Source of the DNA: an archaeon | Lineage (GTDB): Archaea > Aenigmatarchaeota > Aenigmatarchaeia > QMZP01 > JAFGSV01 | Length of the DNA: 64,000 bases | Assembly (NCBI GenBank): GCA_028279705.1 | Contig: JANQNF010000005.1 | Span: 2,688-66,687, forward strand | Reading direction: 5' to 3' | In this document: positions 26,644 through 35,442 of the stretch, piece by piece | Layout of the letters: the number at the start of each line of letters is the position of its first letter | Position numbering within the stretch: position 1 is the first letter of the stretch | Notes under the pieces: generated by a model | The model's database searches: none | The model's input: the letters and a program-made list of their open reading frames with translations, nothing else | Told to the model about the DNA's origin: nothing | Translations under genes and position numbers: made by a program

Positions 26644-27139
26644 TCCAGTGTTGATTTCTGATTTCCGGGTTAAAGCTCCCTACCTTCTTGGCATGGATAC
26701 GAACAAGTCCAGGAGATTCCGGACTAACTTCCCAAGGCTCATCCCACTCCGTAACCTGAGGAATCAGGTCTCTCATAGCCTGTAGCTCCTGCTCATTGGG
26801 CGCACGAACATACTCGCTCTGCTCAGCGCCGTCTCTCTGAACAGAACCGTTGACAGTCCAGATCAACTCATTGTTATCCCCAACTGGTTCCTTGCCAACC
26901 ATGACACGGAGTTGACCGTCGGGCACGTCACAGACATAACGTACTAGGAACGCACCACCGATTGTCATGTGTTGGAGGATCATTTCCGGCGGGGATGAGA
27001 TAGGATGTAGTACCACCCTACTCATCTCCTTCTGTGTGAGATCCTGGTACTTCCTGGCCAACAGCCGCAACGTGACAACGTTGCTAGTGTCGCGAATGGT
27101 TTCCTGGTCCTTGATAAATTCAGCATCACTGATCTTCAT
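26627..27139 (-). CDS. Hypothetical protein
   Basis: Start moved to the MKISDAEF ATG at 27139, which has an AGGAG RBS 7 nt upstream. Confidence 0.45.
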   Translation of the reverse strand: MKISDAEFIKDQETIRDTSNVVTLRLLARKYQDLTQKEMSRVVLHPISSPPEMILQHMTIGGAFLVRYVCDVPDGQLRVMVGKEPVGDNNELIWTVNGSVQRDGAEQSEYVRAPNEQELQAMRDLIPQVTEWDEPWEVSPESPGLVRIHAKKVGSFNPEIRNQHWSENNG

Positions 27140-27422
27140 GAATAGTCTCCTGTGTCCAAAATTGAGGAGGATTCTTACTTTGCCAGTCCTCCACCATATC
27201 TGAAAGCGCACCGTTCACCGCCGTGGTGAACTCCAACATACGCTCATTGTCAGGGGGTCCAACCTTACGTATCTGGTTGGATGTCATCCCGTGGTTTGCG
27301 AGATCAATAAACTCTACGAACTTACGGATCTCAATAATTGCCGGGTCTTCCTGGTACACGCTATGGTACAGATTCCACAACCATCTGGCAGTAGCCTTTG
27401 CATTGAGGGGGATCATGTTCAT
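27126..27422 (-). CDS. Hypothetical protein
   Basis: 98 aa. Confidence 0.45.
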   Translation of the reverse strand: MNMIPLNAKATARWLWNLYHSVYQEDPAIIEIRKFVEFIDLANHGMTSNQIRKVGPPDNERMLEFTTAVNGALSDMVEDWQSKNPPQFWTQETIHEDQ

Positions 27423-27721
27423 AGCTTACCCCTCAGGTTTTCCAAGAACTTGAGGATGCCGTGGGCCTCCCCAAAGTCCCCTTCACAAGCCTCAACCAAC
27501 TTGGCACCAACTTCCAGCCTGTCTTCGGTCAGGATGGCTTGCTGATAGATGGGATCACCACCTGTCTTCCTACGATGGTTGGACATGATGGTGCTGACGT
27601 ACTGAGGAGACACCTCCAGCCCTGCTTCAGTAGCAGCCTGTGCTACTTCCTTAGGTTTGGCATCTGGGTTGTCCTCCATGTAATCCCGTATCCACTCAGA
27701 CTTGTTCGTTTCGCTCATCAC
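27419..27721 (-). CDS. Hypothetical protein
   Basis: 100 aa; ATGA overlaps on both sides. Confidence 0.45.
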   Translation of the reverse strand: MMSETNKSEWIRDYMEDNPDAKPKEVAQAATEAGLEVSPQYVSTIMSNHRRKTGGDPIYQQAILTEDRLEVGAKLVEACEGDFGEAHGILKFLENLRGKL

Positions 27722-28005
27722 CGAGCTCCTGTAGCAAGCTTGGCAATCTCTGGGATAGATACCAATAGGTAATCAAGCGTGAAGAACAAGGCAACAGGTT
27801 CCCAGATTTCCTGTTGTGTTTCGACCAGGACTTCATAACCCTTGGCCGGTTTCCTACGTTCTACACGCACGGTCAACCCCAACAACTCTTCAAGGCTGTT
27901 GTGGTCGGGGGTCATTTCGTTAAGGATAACCAGTTCATCACTGGTCATGCTCTCGGGTGCCAACCCCAATACATGGCACACTTTTTCAAGGTCACCGACG
28001 TACAT
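27718..28005 (-). CDS. Hypothetical protein
   Basis: 95 aa. Confidence 0.45.
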   Translation of the reverse strand: MYVGDLEKVCHVLGLAPESMTSDELVILNEMTPDHNSLEELLGLTVRVERRKPAKGYEVLVETQQEIWEPVALFFTLDYLLVSIPEIAKLATGAR

Positions 28006-28007
28006 AG

Positions 28008-28253
28008 TCAGTCCCTCCTAAAATGGTTGTTGATCCAATACAAACCGAACACCAACAGGAGTATTGAGAATACAGCGTATGTCATTACATTCCCAATCTC
28101 CTGCGATGTCCAGTACTCAGCCAGCAGTATTCTCATCATCCCTTTCCTCCTTTTCTGGACACAACACCTGTACGAACAACAACAAGCACAAACATTGTAG
28201 GAACAACACGCTTGGTTCCCACGGCTCATGGGTCCAGGACCTAATTGTTCCAA
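28008..28253 (-). CDS. Hypothetical small membrane protein with Cys-rich N-terminus
   Basis: CCSYNVCACCCSYRCC, then the TM segment YAVFSILLLVFGLYWI. Confidence 0.4.
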   Translation of the reverse strand: MEQLGPGPMSRGNQACCSYNVCACCCSYRCCVQKRRKGMMRILLAEYWTSQEIGNVMTYAVFSILLLVFGLYWINNHFRRD

Positions 28254-28324
28254 TTAGAAAGTATGCGACTGCGCAGCTATTAACAAGTAGTTTACCTCCC
28301 ATATCAAACCACGCCTTCAATTCA

Positions 28325-28636
28325 TCATTCACTTAATTCCTCCTGTGCTTCTGTTGCTAGTTCCGTAATGGTCTTTACAAAACTGTTAACCAGATGTATC
28401 CTCTCCAAAAGAGGGATACCACATTTACCGAACCAGTCGTACATCTGTTGGCCCAACTCAGAGTCAAGCAGATTGAACATTCCGAAATGAACATCATGCT
28501 CCTGCATCTGGTTCTTACCGCTAGCTTCCACCTCAGACTTGACCTCGCCTATGTCCAGCAGGTTGCATCGGTGCTCAATAGGGTTGATTGATATGGCTAC
28601 CCATATCTCCGTAGGTTCAGGTCTGTTAGCTACCAT
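28325..28636 (-). CDS. Hypothetical protein
   Basis: 103 aa. Confidence 0.45.
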   Translation of the reverse strand: MVANRPEPTEIWVAISINPIEHRCNLLDIGEVKSEVEASGKNQMQEHDVHFGMFNLLDSELGQQMYDWFGKCGIPLLERIHLVNSFVKTITELATEAQEELSE

Positions 28637-29432
28637 CCGTTACTCCTTCCAATTTACGCCTCAATATATGAAGCTCGTGCTGTATGCTCTCACGGTCCTC
28701 AGCGTGCAGGTTAGGATCCCGCAGCTCACTGAGCATACTTTCCATTTCCTGGTGACCGTCGCACTTCCTACGTGCTGTACCGCGGATCACCTTACCATCG
28801 ATTCCGTTCTCACTACAAACACCGCACACCTTTCCATCGCTGTGTGACGTCATTCCACAATACGCACAATCCCTGTGCTTCTTAGGAAGTACACAACCAC
28901 AAGGAGCCTTCTCCTTTGCTAAGGCTTTCTTCTCCTCTTGGTCAGCAATCCATTCCGCCTGACGCTTGGACTCACCATCCACCAACGTTCGGCCACTCGG
29001 CTTATGATATACCTCCCAGGAATACAGGTCGTCGCCGTATCCTCTTCGTACACCATAATGCTTCCTTACTGGTTTACGTGGTTTCCTGTTCTTGCTAACG
29101 CGCCCTAGCCTTGGTCGTGCCAGCGCTGCCTCCTTACGTGTCTTACAAGGACCAGCCACAACTTCCCACAACAAGCCTTTCCGCTTGTCCTTGGGATCAC
29201 GCTTGGTTCCTGCAATCTTGTACCACTCTCCGCGCTTGCCAGCAATACGGCACATCATCTTCATACGGGGTCGGCCTGCAAGGTGCGATACCACGTAGTA
29301 GCCGATTACCCTATACACATCATACACGTTGACAAACCGCCGGTCACTCTTGCTGATGCTCTTCGCCCTGTGAGGCTGTAAGAACTTCAGTTCAATCTTC
29401 TTGTGTGGTAGTAACGTCATGGCCCACCTCAT
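28626..29432 (-). CDS. Arg/Lys-rich protein with C-terminal multi-Cys zinc-binding region; possible degenerate GIY-YIG-like nuclease
   Basis: NVYDVYRVIGYYVV...R...E is reminiscent of the GIY-(10)-YIG..R..E layout. C-terminal CGC...C..C...CGVC...C..H cluster. Confidence 0.4.
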   Translation of the reverse strand: MRWAMTLLPHKKIELKFLQPHRAKSISKSDRRFVNVYDVYRVIGYYVVSHLAGRPRMKMMCRIAGKRGEWYKIAGTKRDPKDKRKGLLWEVVAGPCKTRKEAALARPRLGRVSKNRKPRKPVRKHYGVRRGYGDDLYSWEVYHKPSGRTLVDGESKRQAEWIADQEEKKALAKEKAPCGCVLPKKHRDCAYCGMTSHSDGKVCGVCSENGIDGKVIRGTARRKCDGHQEMESMLSELRDPNLHAEDRESIQHELHILRRKLEGVTDGS

Positions 29433-29772
29433 TACTTACATAGTAAATTCTAGTTTCATCCCAAGTGAATTCAATCCTATATCGGTGCTCGTACATAAAA
29501 CTGAATTCCTGATCACTTATATAAGTGTCCGCACCTTGATGCAACCACCATAAGTTCTTTTCTTTATTCGTATTACTCAACATGCTGATCAAGGCTGTGT
29601 AGTCAATGATCATGTTATCCATGTTTTTCAGACGCTCTTCAGCACCTTCACCCGAACGGTACACATTGAACAACGCTTGCCAGATCTTACGCATACGTTG
29701 TTCAAAGCTTCCATCACGTGTGTGGGAAATGACCAAGTAGATCACCCCCTTCTTAATCGGTTTCATTTTCAT
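29392..29772 (-). CDS. Hypothetical protein
   Basis: 126 aa. Confidence 0.45.
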   Translation of the reverse strand: MKMKPIKKGVIYLVISHTRDGSFEQRMRKIWQALFNVYRSGEGAEERLKNMDNMIIDYTALISMLSNTNKEKNLWWLHQGADTYISDQEFSFMYEHRYRIEFTWDETRIYYVSNEVGHDVTTTQED

Positions 29773-30007
29773 TCCCCCGTAAATGTGCTTGGAGTTCTTC
29801 TACGACCTCAGGTCCAAGGTCGTGAAAGTATAGTTCACACATAATAACCACCAAAGCTTCCAGCTTGGTCTGATCACGTATTAGATCCCTGATGAGATCT
29901 ATTGTTGCTTCGTTGGCCTTCCTCTGTTGGATCCCTTGGTGGACAGTCATCAACTGCTGAGTCATAGGGAACACCAACATAACCAGGATCAATACCCACA
30001 GCATCAC
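29753..30007 (-). CDS. Hypothetical small membrane protein
   Basis: N-terminal TM segment MMLWVLILVMLVFPM. Confidence 0.4.
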   Translation of the reverse strand: MMLWVLILVMLVFPMTQQLMTVHQGIQQRKANEATIDLIRDLIRDQTKLEALVVIMCELYFHDLGPEVVEELQAHLRGNENETD

Positions 30008-30252
30008 ATCACCTCGTGATACATCCAGTAGATGGCTTCTTCAAAATCACGTGCCGTGAACTCCCTACCCGACTCTTTCAAATCAGGGATAAGGGTGTTC
30101 TGTAAGTACGCAATAAACGCCTCCATACTTTCAAACTCAGGCACCCTTAACGGGTCCTCAGCCTCAGCAGCATGGATACTTTCTGCGACCTCGCCAAACG
30201 GCACATCACGCAATTGTTCGCGCTTACGCATTCCACGGTTACTACTCATCAC
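30004..30252 (-). CDS. Hypothetical small protein
   Basis: 82 aa; ATGA overlap. Confidence 0.4.
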   Translation of the reverse strand: MMSSNRGMRKREQLRDVPFGEVAESIHAAEAEDPLRVPEFESMEAFIAYLQNTLIPDLKESGREFTARDFEEAIYWMYHEVM

Positions 30253-30612
30253 TCACTCCGGGATTGGAATAAAGGGGAGCTTCTCGTTGATCAGCAAACA
30301 GATCCTACAATGGGTCATGTTGCACGGTTCATGTAAGGCAGATAGCTCCTTACGAAGGTCACGGATGAGCAGGTACGCTCTCCACAGTATTTCGGCGTCG
30401 GCTAATTCCCCACCCCAAGGAGAAGGAGGATCGGTCTCCCATATAACCTCCTCGTGGCGAGCATCCATCATCCCTAACCAAGCACTCTCATCCCCGTATA
30501 TTTCCTTACATAGGTCTTCAATATTTGTTGACATGTCAGTCCTCAAAGAGTTGGGTGTAGTTGTTGATTTGAGTTGCTGCAACGTGCAGGTTCTCTTCAC
30601 TCCAGTCCGCAC
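30253..30612 (-). CDS. Hypothetical protein
   Basis: 119 aa. Confidence 0.45.
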   Translation of the reverse strand: MRTGVKRTCTLQQLKSTTTPNSLRTDMSTNIEDLCKEIYGDESAWLGMMDARHEEVIWETDPPSPWGGELADAEILWRAYLLIRDLRKELSALHEPCNMTHCRICLLINEKLPFIPIPE

Positions 30613-30907
30613 CTGCCATCAGGTATTGATGCCAGTGTGTTCGGTGAGCCTTCCTCAGCAAATCCCCTTTGCCTTGGAACACGATCCACGCCTTGGTTGC
30701 ACCAACAACGTGGATTTCGTCGGATGGCAAATTCTTCAACTCCTGCACACCCAACGTAGGCATCTGCTCAAGGAACTTTGCCTTGATGGTTTTGACCTGG
30801 ATTAGCTCACGGTCATCCACAGCCGTTACAACACGAACACCGGTTTTGGTTTTGATATCACTACTCATTATCTTCCTCCCAGAAAAGGGTATGGTACTCG
30901 TTTTCAC
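30536..30907 (-). CDS. Hypothetical protein
   Basis: 123 aa; overlaps the downstream gene by 77 nt, so the start may be later. Confidence 0.4.
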   Translation of the reverse strand: MKTSTIPFSGRKIMSSDIKTKTGVRVVTAVDDRELIQVKTIKAKFLEQMPTLGVQELKNLPSDEIHVVGATKAWIVFQGKGDLLRKAHRTHWHQYLMAGADWSEENLHVAATQINNYTQLFED

Positions 30908-30943
30908 TTACGATCGTTTCAATGGGTGCTTTCTGGGGAGAAG

Positions 30944-31276
30944 CTACATGGAGCGTACTTCAGTACTGAACCCCAGTGCCCACATCCCCCGAACAGTAAC
31001 AGGAGGTGAAATCCCGTTGATAAAGATGCCAGCAGCCATTGCGTTAGGGAATTGAATCCCCATTGTGCCCACTTCCCATTCATCCGGCCACTTATCGCCG
31101 TTGAGGTGTATCTCCACCCCATGTGCGTCACACACAATTAACGTCTGCTCATCCACGATACGGAATATAGGGTCGTCTCCATTAGGGAACCTTTCAGCCC
31201 CTTGGAACCCATCCCACATACCATCCGTAAACGGAGTTGCTTCTGCGTGCAAATGATTTCCACTACTCATTTTCAT
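30944..31276 (-). CDS. Hypothetical protein; first gene of the leftward early block
   Basis: 110 aa. RBS GGAAGGAG upstream of the ATG at 31276. Confidence 0.45.
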   Translation of the reverse strand: MKMSSGNHLHAEATPFTDGMWDGFQGAERFPNGDDPIFRIVDEQTLIVCDAHGVEIHLNGDKWPDEWEVGTMGIQFPNAMAAGIFINGISPPVTVRGMWALGFSTEVRSM

Positions 31277-31354
31277 TCTCCTTCCAACACGGAATCTAAA
31301 ACGAAATCAAAACCGAATACAAAAATAAAGTCTTCAACACCAACACGATATTGA

Positions 31355-31402
31355 AAACACAAAATCCAAAATCTTCAATCCAAAAACCCAATTCCAAAAA
31401 TG
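31355..31402. repeat. Phased A-tract repeats (A)ATCCAAAA(A) x3
   Basis: aatccaaaatc / aatccaaaaac / attccaaaaat at ~13-nt phasing, just upstream of the leftward operon. A curved-DNA / UP-element-like region. Confidence 0.5.
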
Positions 31403-31476
31403 ACTTCCGGTGCTCAAAACTGGGTATTCCATTTTCTCAGAGTTCCTCTACCTACCCCTCACAAGGGGGTGTGCAC

Positions 31477-31569
31477 TTCCGCACAGTGCCCTTCCGCACA
31501 CCACCTCATCGGGGGGTGTCAATTCCGCACATGTGCTCCACACGCACACTTCCGTGCCAATACCGCACG
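31477..31569. repeat. Iteron cluster TTCCGCACA x3 plus two variants
   Basis: ttccgcaca at 31477, 31492 and 31523. Variants ttccgtgcc at 31550 and accgcacg at 31562. Confidence 0.5.
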
Positions 31570-31692
31570 TTTCCATTGTGGGCTCCATATTTCCATTTTG
31601 CCGCTATGTGGAAAAATCTGCTCACTATAACTATTCATTTCCAGCGCGCGCCATCCACAAGCGATTTTAGCGGTTAGCAAAGGGAAAACTCC

Positions 31693-31706
31693 ATATATCG
31701 CACCTG
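31693..31706 (+). promoter_or_regulatory. Copy of the 14-bp motif (ATATATCGCACCTG)
   Basis: Matches the copies at 17343 and 17473. Confidence 0.45.
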
Positions 31707-31926
31707 CCGCGCTTTACAGCCAAACGGGGTATATAGCAGGCCAGCCAGTACAGGCCACTAGGGGCGATATTTGCCCTGCCAGCGACCGGGCTGTTGGCCA
31801 GCCACTAGGCCAGCACAGCCAGCCAGCGCAACCCCTAGCAGGTTGCCAGCGTAATATCGTACAGGCTTGCGCACAGTCGCACAGCTATCGCGTTTTTTGC
31901 GCCCCTGTACTTTGTATCGGCTGGCC

Positions 31927-31951
31927 AAAAATCGCACCACGTGCGATATTT
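31927..31951. promoter_or_regulatory. Inverted pair of the 14-bp motif (aaaatcgcacc-acgt-gcgatattt)
   Basis: The two half-sites are reverse complements. A degenerate minus-oriented copy lies at 31764-31775. Confidence 0.45.
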
Positions 31952-31978
31952 GCTGGCCTGTTGCCAGCGCATAAAAAT

Positions 31979-31997
31979 AGCCCGGTAAAACCGGGCT
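31979..31997 (-). terminator. Rho-independent terminator for the 32021..32323 gene (possibly bidirectional)
   Basis: AGCCCGG-tAAAA-CCGGGCT stem-loop. On the minus strand it is followed by a UUUUUA run. 23 nt downstream of the gene. Confidence 0.6.
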
Positions 31998-32020
31998 AAT
32001 GGGCTATTTTTCGTTTTTTC

Positions 32021-32323
32021 CTATTTTCCACAATTGGGGCAAGCGCTTTGGCACCCGGTTTGCAAGGGCAATTCCACGCGCCCACAATGCGGGCAAAGGT
32101 TTTCCAACCAGCCTGTTAGGCTGGCCAATGTGTTAGCCTGTTTGGCTTGCCGTGCTGTTAGGCCAGTACGCAATTCCATAGCCTGTAGGCTTGCGCTATA
32201 CCCGTTAAGCATTTCCAGCAAGTTTTCCAACGCGCTGTACTGGTTGGGGGGTGCTACTTGGTTTTCAATAGCGCCTAGCAATACCTGTGCAAAGTGCTTT
32301 GCAATGTTATTGGTGTTGGCCAT
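32021..32323 (-). CDS. Small protein with C-terminal zinc ribbon (CPHCG...CPNCG)
   Basis: ATG at 32323 (MANTNNIAKHF); a longer alternative start exists at 32374. Has its own terminator. Located in the control region. Confidence 0.5.
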   Translation of the reverse strand: MANTNNIAKHFAQVLLGAIENQVAPPNQYSALENLLEMLNGYSASLQAMELRTGLTARQAKQANTLASLTGWLENLCPHCGRVELPLQTGCQSACPNCGK

Positions 32324-32417
32324 GTTTTGCCCTTGTGTTAGGGGGTGTTGTGGTTGCCTGTTACGTACATACATTTTAGCAACCTGTTAGCCCCTTGCAA
32401 GGCCAGCCAACACGTAA

Positions 32418-32434
32418 TTTCCACTTTGTGGAAA
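32418..32434. promoter_or_regulatory. Perfect palindrome TTTCCAC-TTT-GTGGAAA (candidate operator)
   Basis: 17-bp perfect inverted repeat. Related TGGAAA/TTTCCA sites recur across 31570-31620 and 33614-34520. Confidence 0.5.
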
Positions 32435-32497
32435 ATAGTTGGCTACTAGCATTTTCCATACCAATAGCAAACAATTTTCAACAAAGCACATAAAAAT

Positions 32498-32520
32498 AGC
32501 CCGGTTTTCCTAACCGGGCT
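32498..32520 (-). terminator. Rho-independent terminator for the 32547..32873 gene (bidirectional shape)
   Basis: AGCCCGG-ttttcctaa-CCGGGCT, flanked by ataaaaat and gttttgg. Confidence 0.6.
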
Positions 32521-32546
32521 GTTTTGGTTAATTGGTTGGCTGGCTA

Positions 32547-32873
32547 CTAGCTTTCCTCGCCACCGCGTAAATCGTACCCGCCGTTTTTGTTGGCATGGGC
32601 AATGGTTTTCCGCCCTTGTGGCGTAATGCTGTAGTAGGTTGGGCTGTCCGCACCGCTTTCCAATTCGTATGCGGCGTCCGCCATATTGCCCAATTCCACT
32701 TCCTCGTCGCAAGTTGGCTTGCAACCGTGGCTTAGGTTAATGCCATCGCGTATTTCGCTGGCAGTGCTTTCGCCGTTTTTGGCCACAAATTCCAAAATAC
32801 GCAAGCGTACGGTTTTGGCCTTGGCCTTGGGTGCGGTGGACTTTTTGGCGGTTTTGCTTTTTGCTGTTTTGGC
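32547..32873 (-). CDS. Lys/Ala-rich (histone H1-like tail) winged-helix DNA-binding protein
   Basis: RBS GAGGAG 7 nt before ATG 32873. N-terminus AKTAKSKTAKKSTAPKAKAK, then RLRILEFVAKNGESTASEIRDGI...YYSITPQGRKTI (wHTH-like). Confidence 0.6.
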   Translation of the reverse strand, partial: AKTAKSKTAKKSTAPKAKAKTVRLRILEFVAKNGESTASEIRDGINLSHGCKPTCDEEVELGNMADAAYELESGADSPTYYSITPQGRKTIAHANKNGGYDLRGGEES

Positions 32874-33117
32874 CATTGTTTGGCTCCTCAATAAAACAGG
32901 TGTAACGGGTTGGCCTTTTGCGGCCTAGCTGCCAACAACGTGTTGGCCACTGTTAACCAATATAGGATAAAAACGGCTGTAGGCAATAGCAGGCTACACC
33001 CATTTATCCATTTTTGCCAAAGTATTTTGGATAGCTGGACCTAAGTGCTGTTATAGCAATAGGTTAGGCGCATAGATTATTTTTGCCCTGTACTGGCCAG
33101 CCAGCCAATTTCTACCA

Positions 33118-33344
33118 CTAGCAGGGGGTGTGTAAGCACCGCAAGCCAGCGCTAGCCAGTGGATTTTGATAGGATTTTTCCTTACTGTTAGTAGTTTGGA
33201 AATTGTTATAGTAGGTTTCCAGCGCAGTAAATTCCTGCTCCAGCACCCAACCAAGCGCGTTATTTTCTTTTCCATAACTACGGGTTGCAACTACGGTCCA
33301 TCCATTACGCGCTGTTATGCGTACACCTTTTTCACTAGTGGCCA
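33118..33344 (-). CDS. Hypothetical small protein (weak)
   Basis: 75-aa ORF from the MATSEKGVRITARNGW ATG; weak RBS; within the non-coding-rich control region. Confidence 0.25.
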
Positions 33345-34153
33345 TTTGTACACCTATACCCAACACGGGCGCTAAAGGTTTATCCAACACGGAAAACAAA
33401 CGTTAGCGCGCTAATGCCATTGCAACTATACAAACGTACACTAGCGCGTTGAACAATTGTTTTCACAAACTGTTAACCACCGCTACACTTTGCCGCACAC
33501 ATACCCGCGCTCATTGTATTGTTAGTTGGCAGTGCGCTCCATACTGGTTTTGCGCGTAGCACTTGTGTTCCATTTTACCCGGCAAAACACGGGGTAAAAT
33601 CAACACCAATTAAGTATGGAAAACATAGCGGTTAGGTTACTTAACCACAAACAACAGTACGCATTGAAAACCGTTTGGCCAAACAAGCGTAGGCCAGCAC
33701 TGTTCCCGCAGTGCGCGTAACGGTTGCGCTGTTGTTAATGGGTTGCAATGTTCCTGTGCCATTGCTCCGCATAGTAGGTTGTGTGTTACCTGTTCGCTAT
33801 GCGTTAAGCACCTACACTGTAAGCGGGTATTGAAACCAACTAACCGTATGCAACATGGTTTTCAATAACCACTGGTTGCAACTAAAGCTTTACTGGCTGT
33901 TTTACGCTTTCCACGTGTAGCCTGTATACCAACACCAACACGGCGCAGCATACGTTTCCCCGTATAGCCACGGGGTAGGGTTAGTAGGTTGCCAAAGAGC
34001 AGCATAACATTATAGGTATAACACCCCCTATAGCAAGGCCAGCACGGCAATATAGCAAGCCAGTACAATATCGGATAAAAGGGGCCAAATATCGGATTTA
34101 AGCTACTTTAGCGGCAAATACGGGGTTACCACGGCTTTTTGGTTAGCACGCAC

Positions 34154-34168
34154 CAGGTGCGATATTTA
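34154..34168 (-). promoter_or_regulatory. Minus-oriented copy of the 14-bp motif (rc: TAAATATCGCACCTG)
   Basis: caggtgcgatattta. Confidence 0.45.
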
Positions 34169-34190
34169 CCCCCTTGTTGTCGGTTTTGCC

Positions 34191-34236
34191 TGTATATGTA
34201 TATATAATATATATTTACCATTAAATCCGCTAACCG
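34191..34236. promoter_or_regulatory. AT-rich element (candidate DNA-unwinding element)
   Basis: tgtatatgtatatataatatatatttaccattaaat; about 85 percent AT, against ~48 percent for the window. Confidence 0.4.
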
Positions 34237-34627
34237 TATAGGACCTAAGTTGTTGATAATAAAGTACTTACAGCTACAAGTGGAACATTGTATAGCATAC
34301 TAGCGCCTTCCATATGGAAAAGTGGATACTTGTTATCCTGTAGGGAAAAGTGTTATATGGAAATGGAAAACATACTAACTTCCACATAGTATACTAATGG
34401 AAAACGATATAACTACTTTCCATAGGTGGTGTGCGTTTACAAATCCAAAGCTCAATTTCCACGTGTGGAGCGCAGGGTAAAGTATTTTTCATATAGGGAA
34501 TCCTACACATGAAACACGTATGGAAGTAGTAGTTCAATACTTTTGTTCCATACAGCTAATAACTGTTATGCTTTCGGTTAGGTTTGATGCGATATGTACG
34601 TTATTCACGGGAGTTTTACCCGAACAC

Positions 34628-34656
34628 TTGCCAAGCCTGTCCAGATAGGGTATTAT
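34628..34656 (+). promoter_or_regulatory. Sigma70-like promoter for the rightward late block
   Basis: -35 TTGCCA, 17-nt spacer, -10 TATTAT. 52 nt upstream of ATG 34708. Confidence 0.4.
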
Positions 34657-34707
34657 TTTGACTGTTTTGGTTTCAGCCGATTAATCCCGTTAATCCCGGA
34701 GTAACAG

Positions 34708-34920
34708 ATGGCTAAGAAGGAAAAAGTCAAGATCGCAGTCAACGCTGATACCGTGAGGAATGGTATCTATGCAGCAACCGATATCGGTCGTAAGGATGTC
34801 AAGCATGTCACAGGTACTATCCTGGAGGATATGGGAGACACTATTGCCAAGGTCAAACTCGACAGGGATGGGGATGATCTGGCCAACACATACAATCTAC
34901 GAAAGGAGTGGCTGATCTAA
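34708..34920 (+). CDS. Hypothetical protein
   Basis: RBS GGAG. 70 aa. First rightward gene. Confidence 0.5.
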   Translation: MAKKEKVKIAVNADTVRNGIYAATDIGRKDVKHVTGTILEDMGDTIAKVKLDRDGDDLANTYNLRKEWLI

Positions 34921-35216
34921 TGTTACCACGCAAAGGTGATCCATTTCCAGGAGAAACAAACATGATGCCAAAAGAAGGACAACCGTCCAACCAAGAAGCC
35001 CTCGATGCAGCAGCCCAACAAGGAGCCTGTTGTATGGGACAAGATCCTGCTTGTAAGAATGGGGATAAGCTGGTACTCAGCCTCAACCTTGTACCCGATC
35101 TCAGCAAGCCTGTCAGTTACATGGATGTCAAGAAGCAGCTATTGGAGCAAGCAGCGGCGGCAATTGAGGAGTTCGTTAACAAACACGTTCATCTACAACC
35201 AATCAACGATGGCTGA
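34908..35216 (+). CDS. Hypothetical protein
   Basis: 102 aa. Confidence 0.5.
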   Translation: MADLMLPRKGDPFPGETNMMPKEGQPSNQEALDAAAQQGACCMGQDPACKNGDKLVLSLNLVPDLSKPVSYMDVKKQLLEQAAAAIEEFVNKHVHLQPINDG

Positions 35217-35442
35217 GTTTACCCTCATCAAGTGGCTAGACAGCGCAGGCAAGGACGGGTGGCAACACGAAGATGAGCTACCTGAGCCTTGTGAGATTAC
35301 CACCCTGGGATTCCTGGTGAAAGAAACAGATGACGCTGTCTGGGTGAGTTGTTCCAAAGTAACTAATGGGGAACAGTGGGCTCAGGTGATGGTGATTCCT
35401 ACCTACTGCATCCTAGAACGTTGGGAGGTACAAATCAAGTGA
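35209..35442 (+). CDS. Hypothetical protein
   Basis: MAEFTLIKWLD... start preferred over the longer ORF 35005. Confidence 0.45.
   Translation: MAEFTLIKWLDSAGKDGWQHEDELPEPCEITTLGFLVKETDDAVWVSCSKVTNGEQWAQVMVIPTYCILERWEVQIK

Noticed and set aside
31351-32724. ORFs 31351..31677, 31400..31630, 31410..31670, 31758..31940, 32034..32390 and 32446..32724
   Set aside because: They overlap iteron and low-complexity repeats, have no RBS, and run antisense or overlapping to the better-supported 32021..32323 and 32547..32873 genes.
31470-34520. Possible CRISPR array suggested by recurring short repeats
   Set aside because: The repeats are short (9-17 bp), heterogeneous and irregularly spaced, with no uniform repeat-spacer periodicity and no cas genes. 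They are interpreted as iterons/operators.
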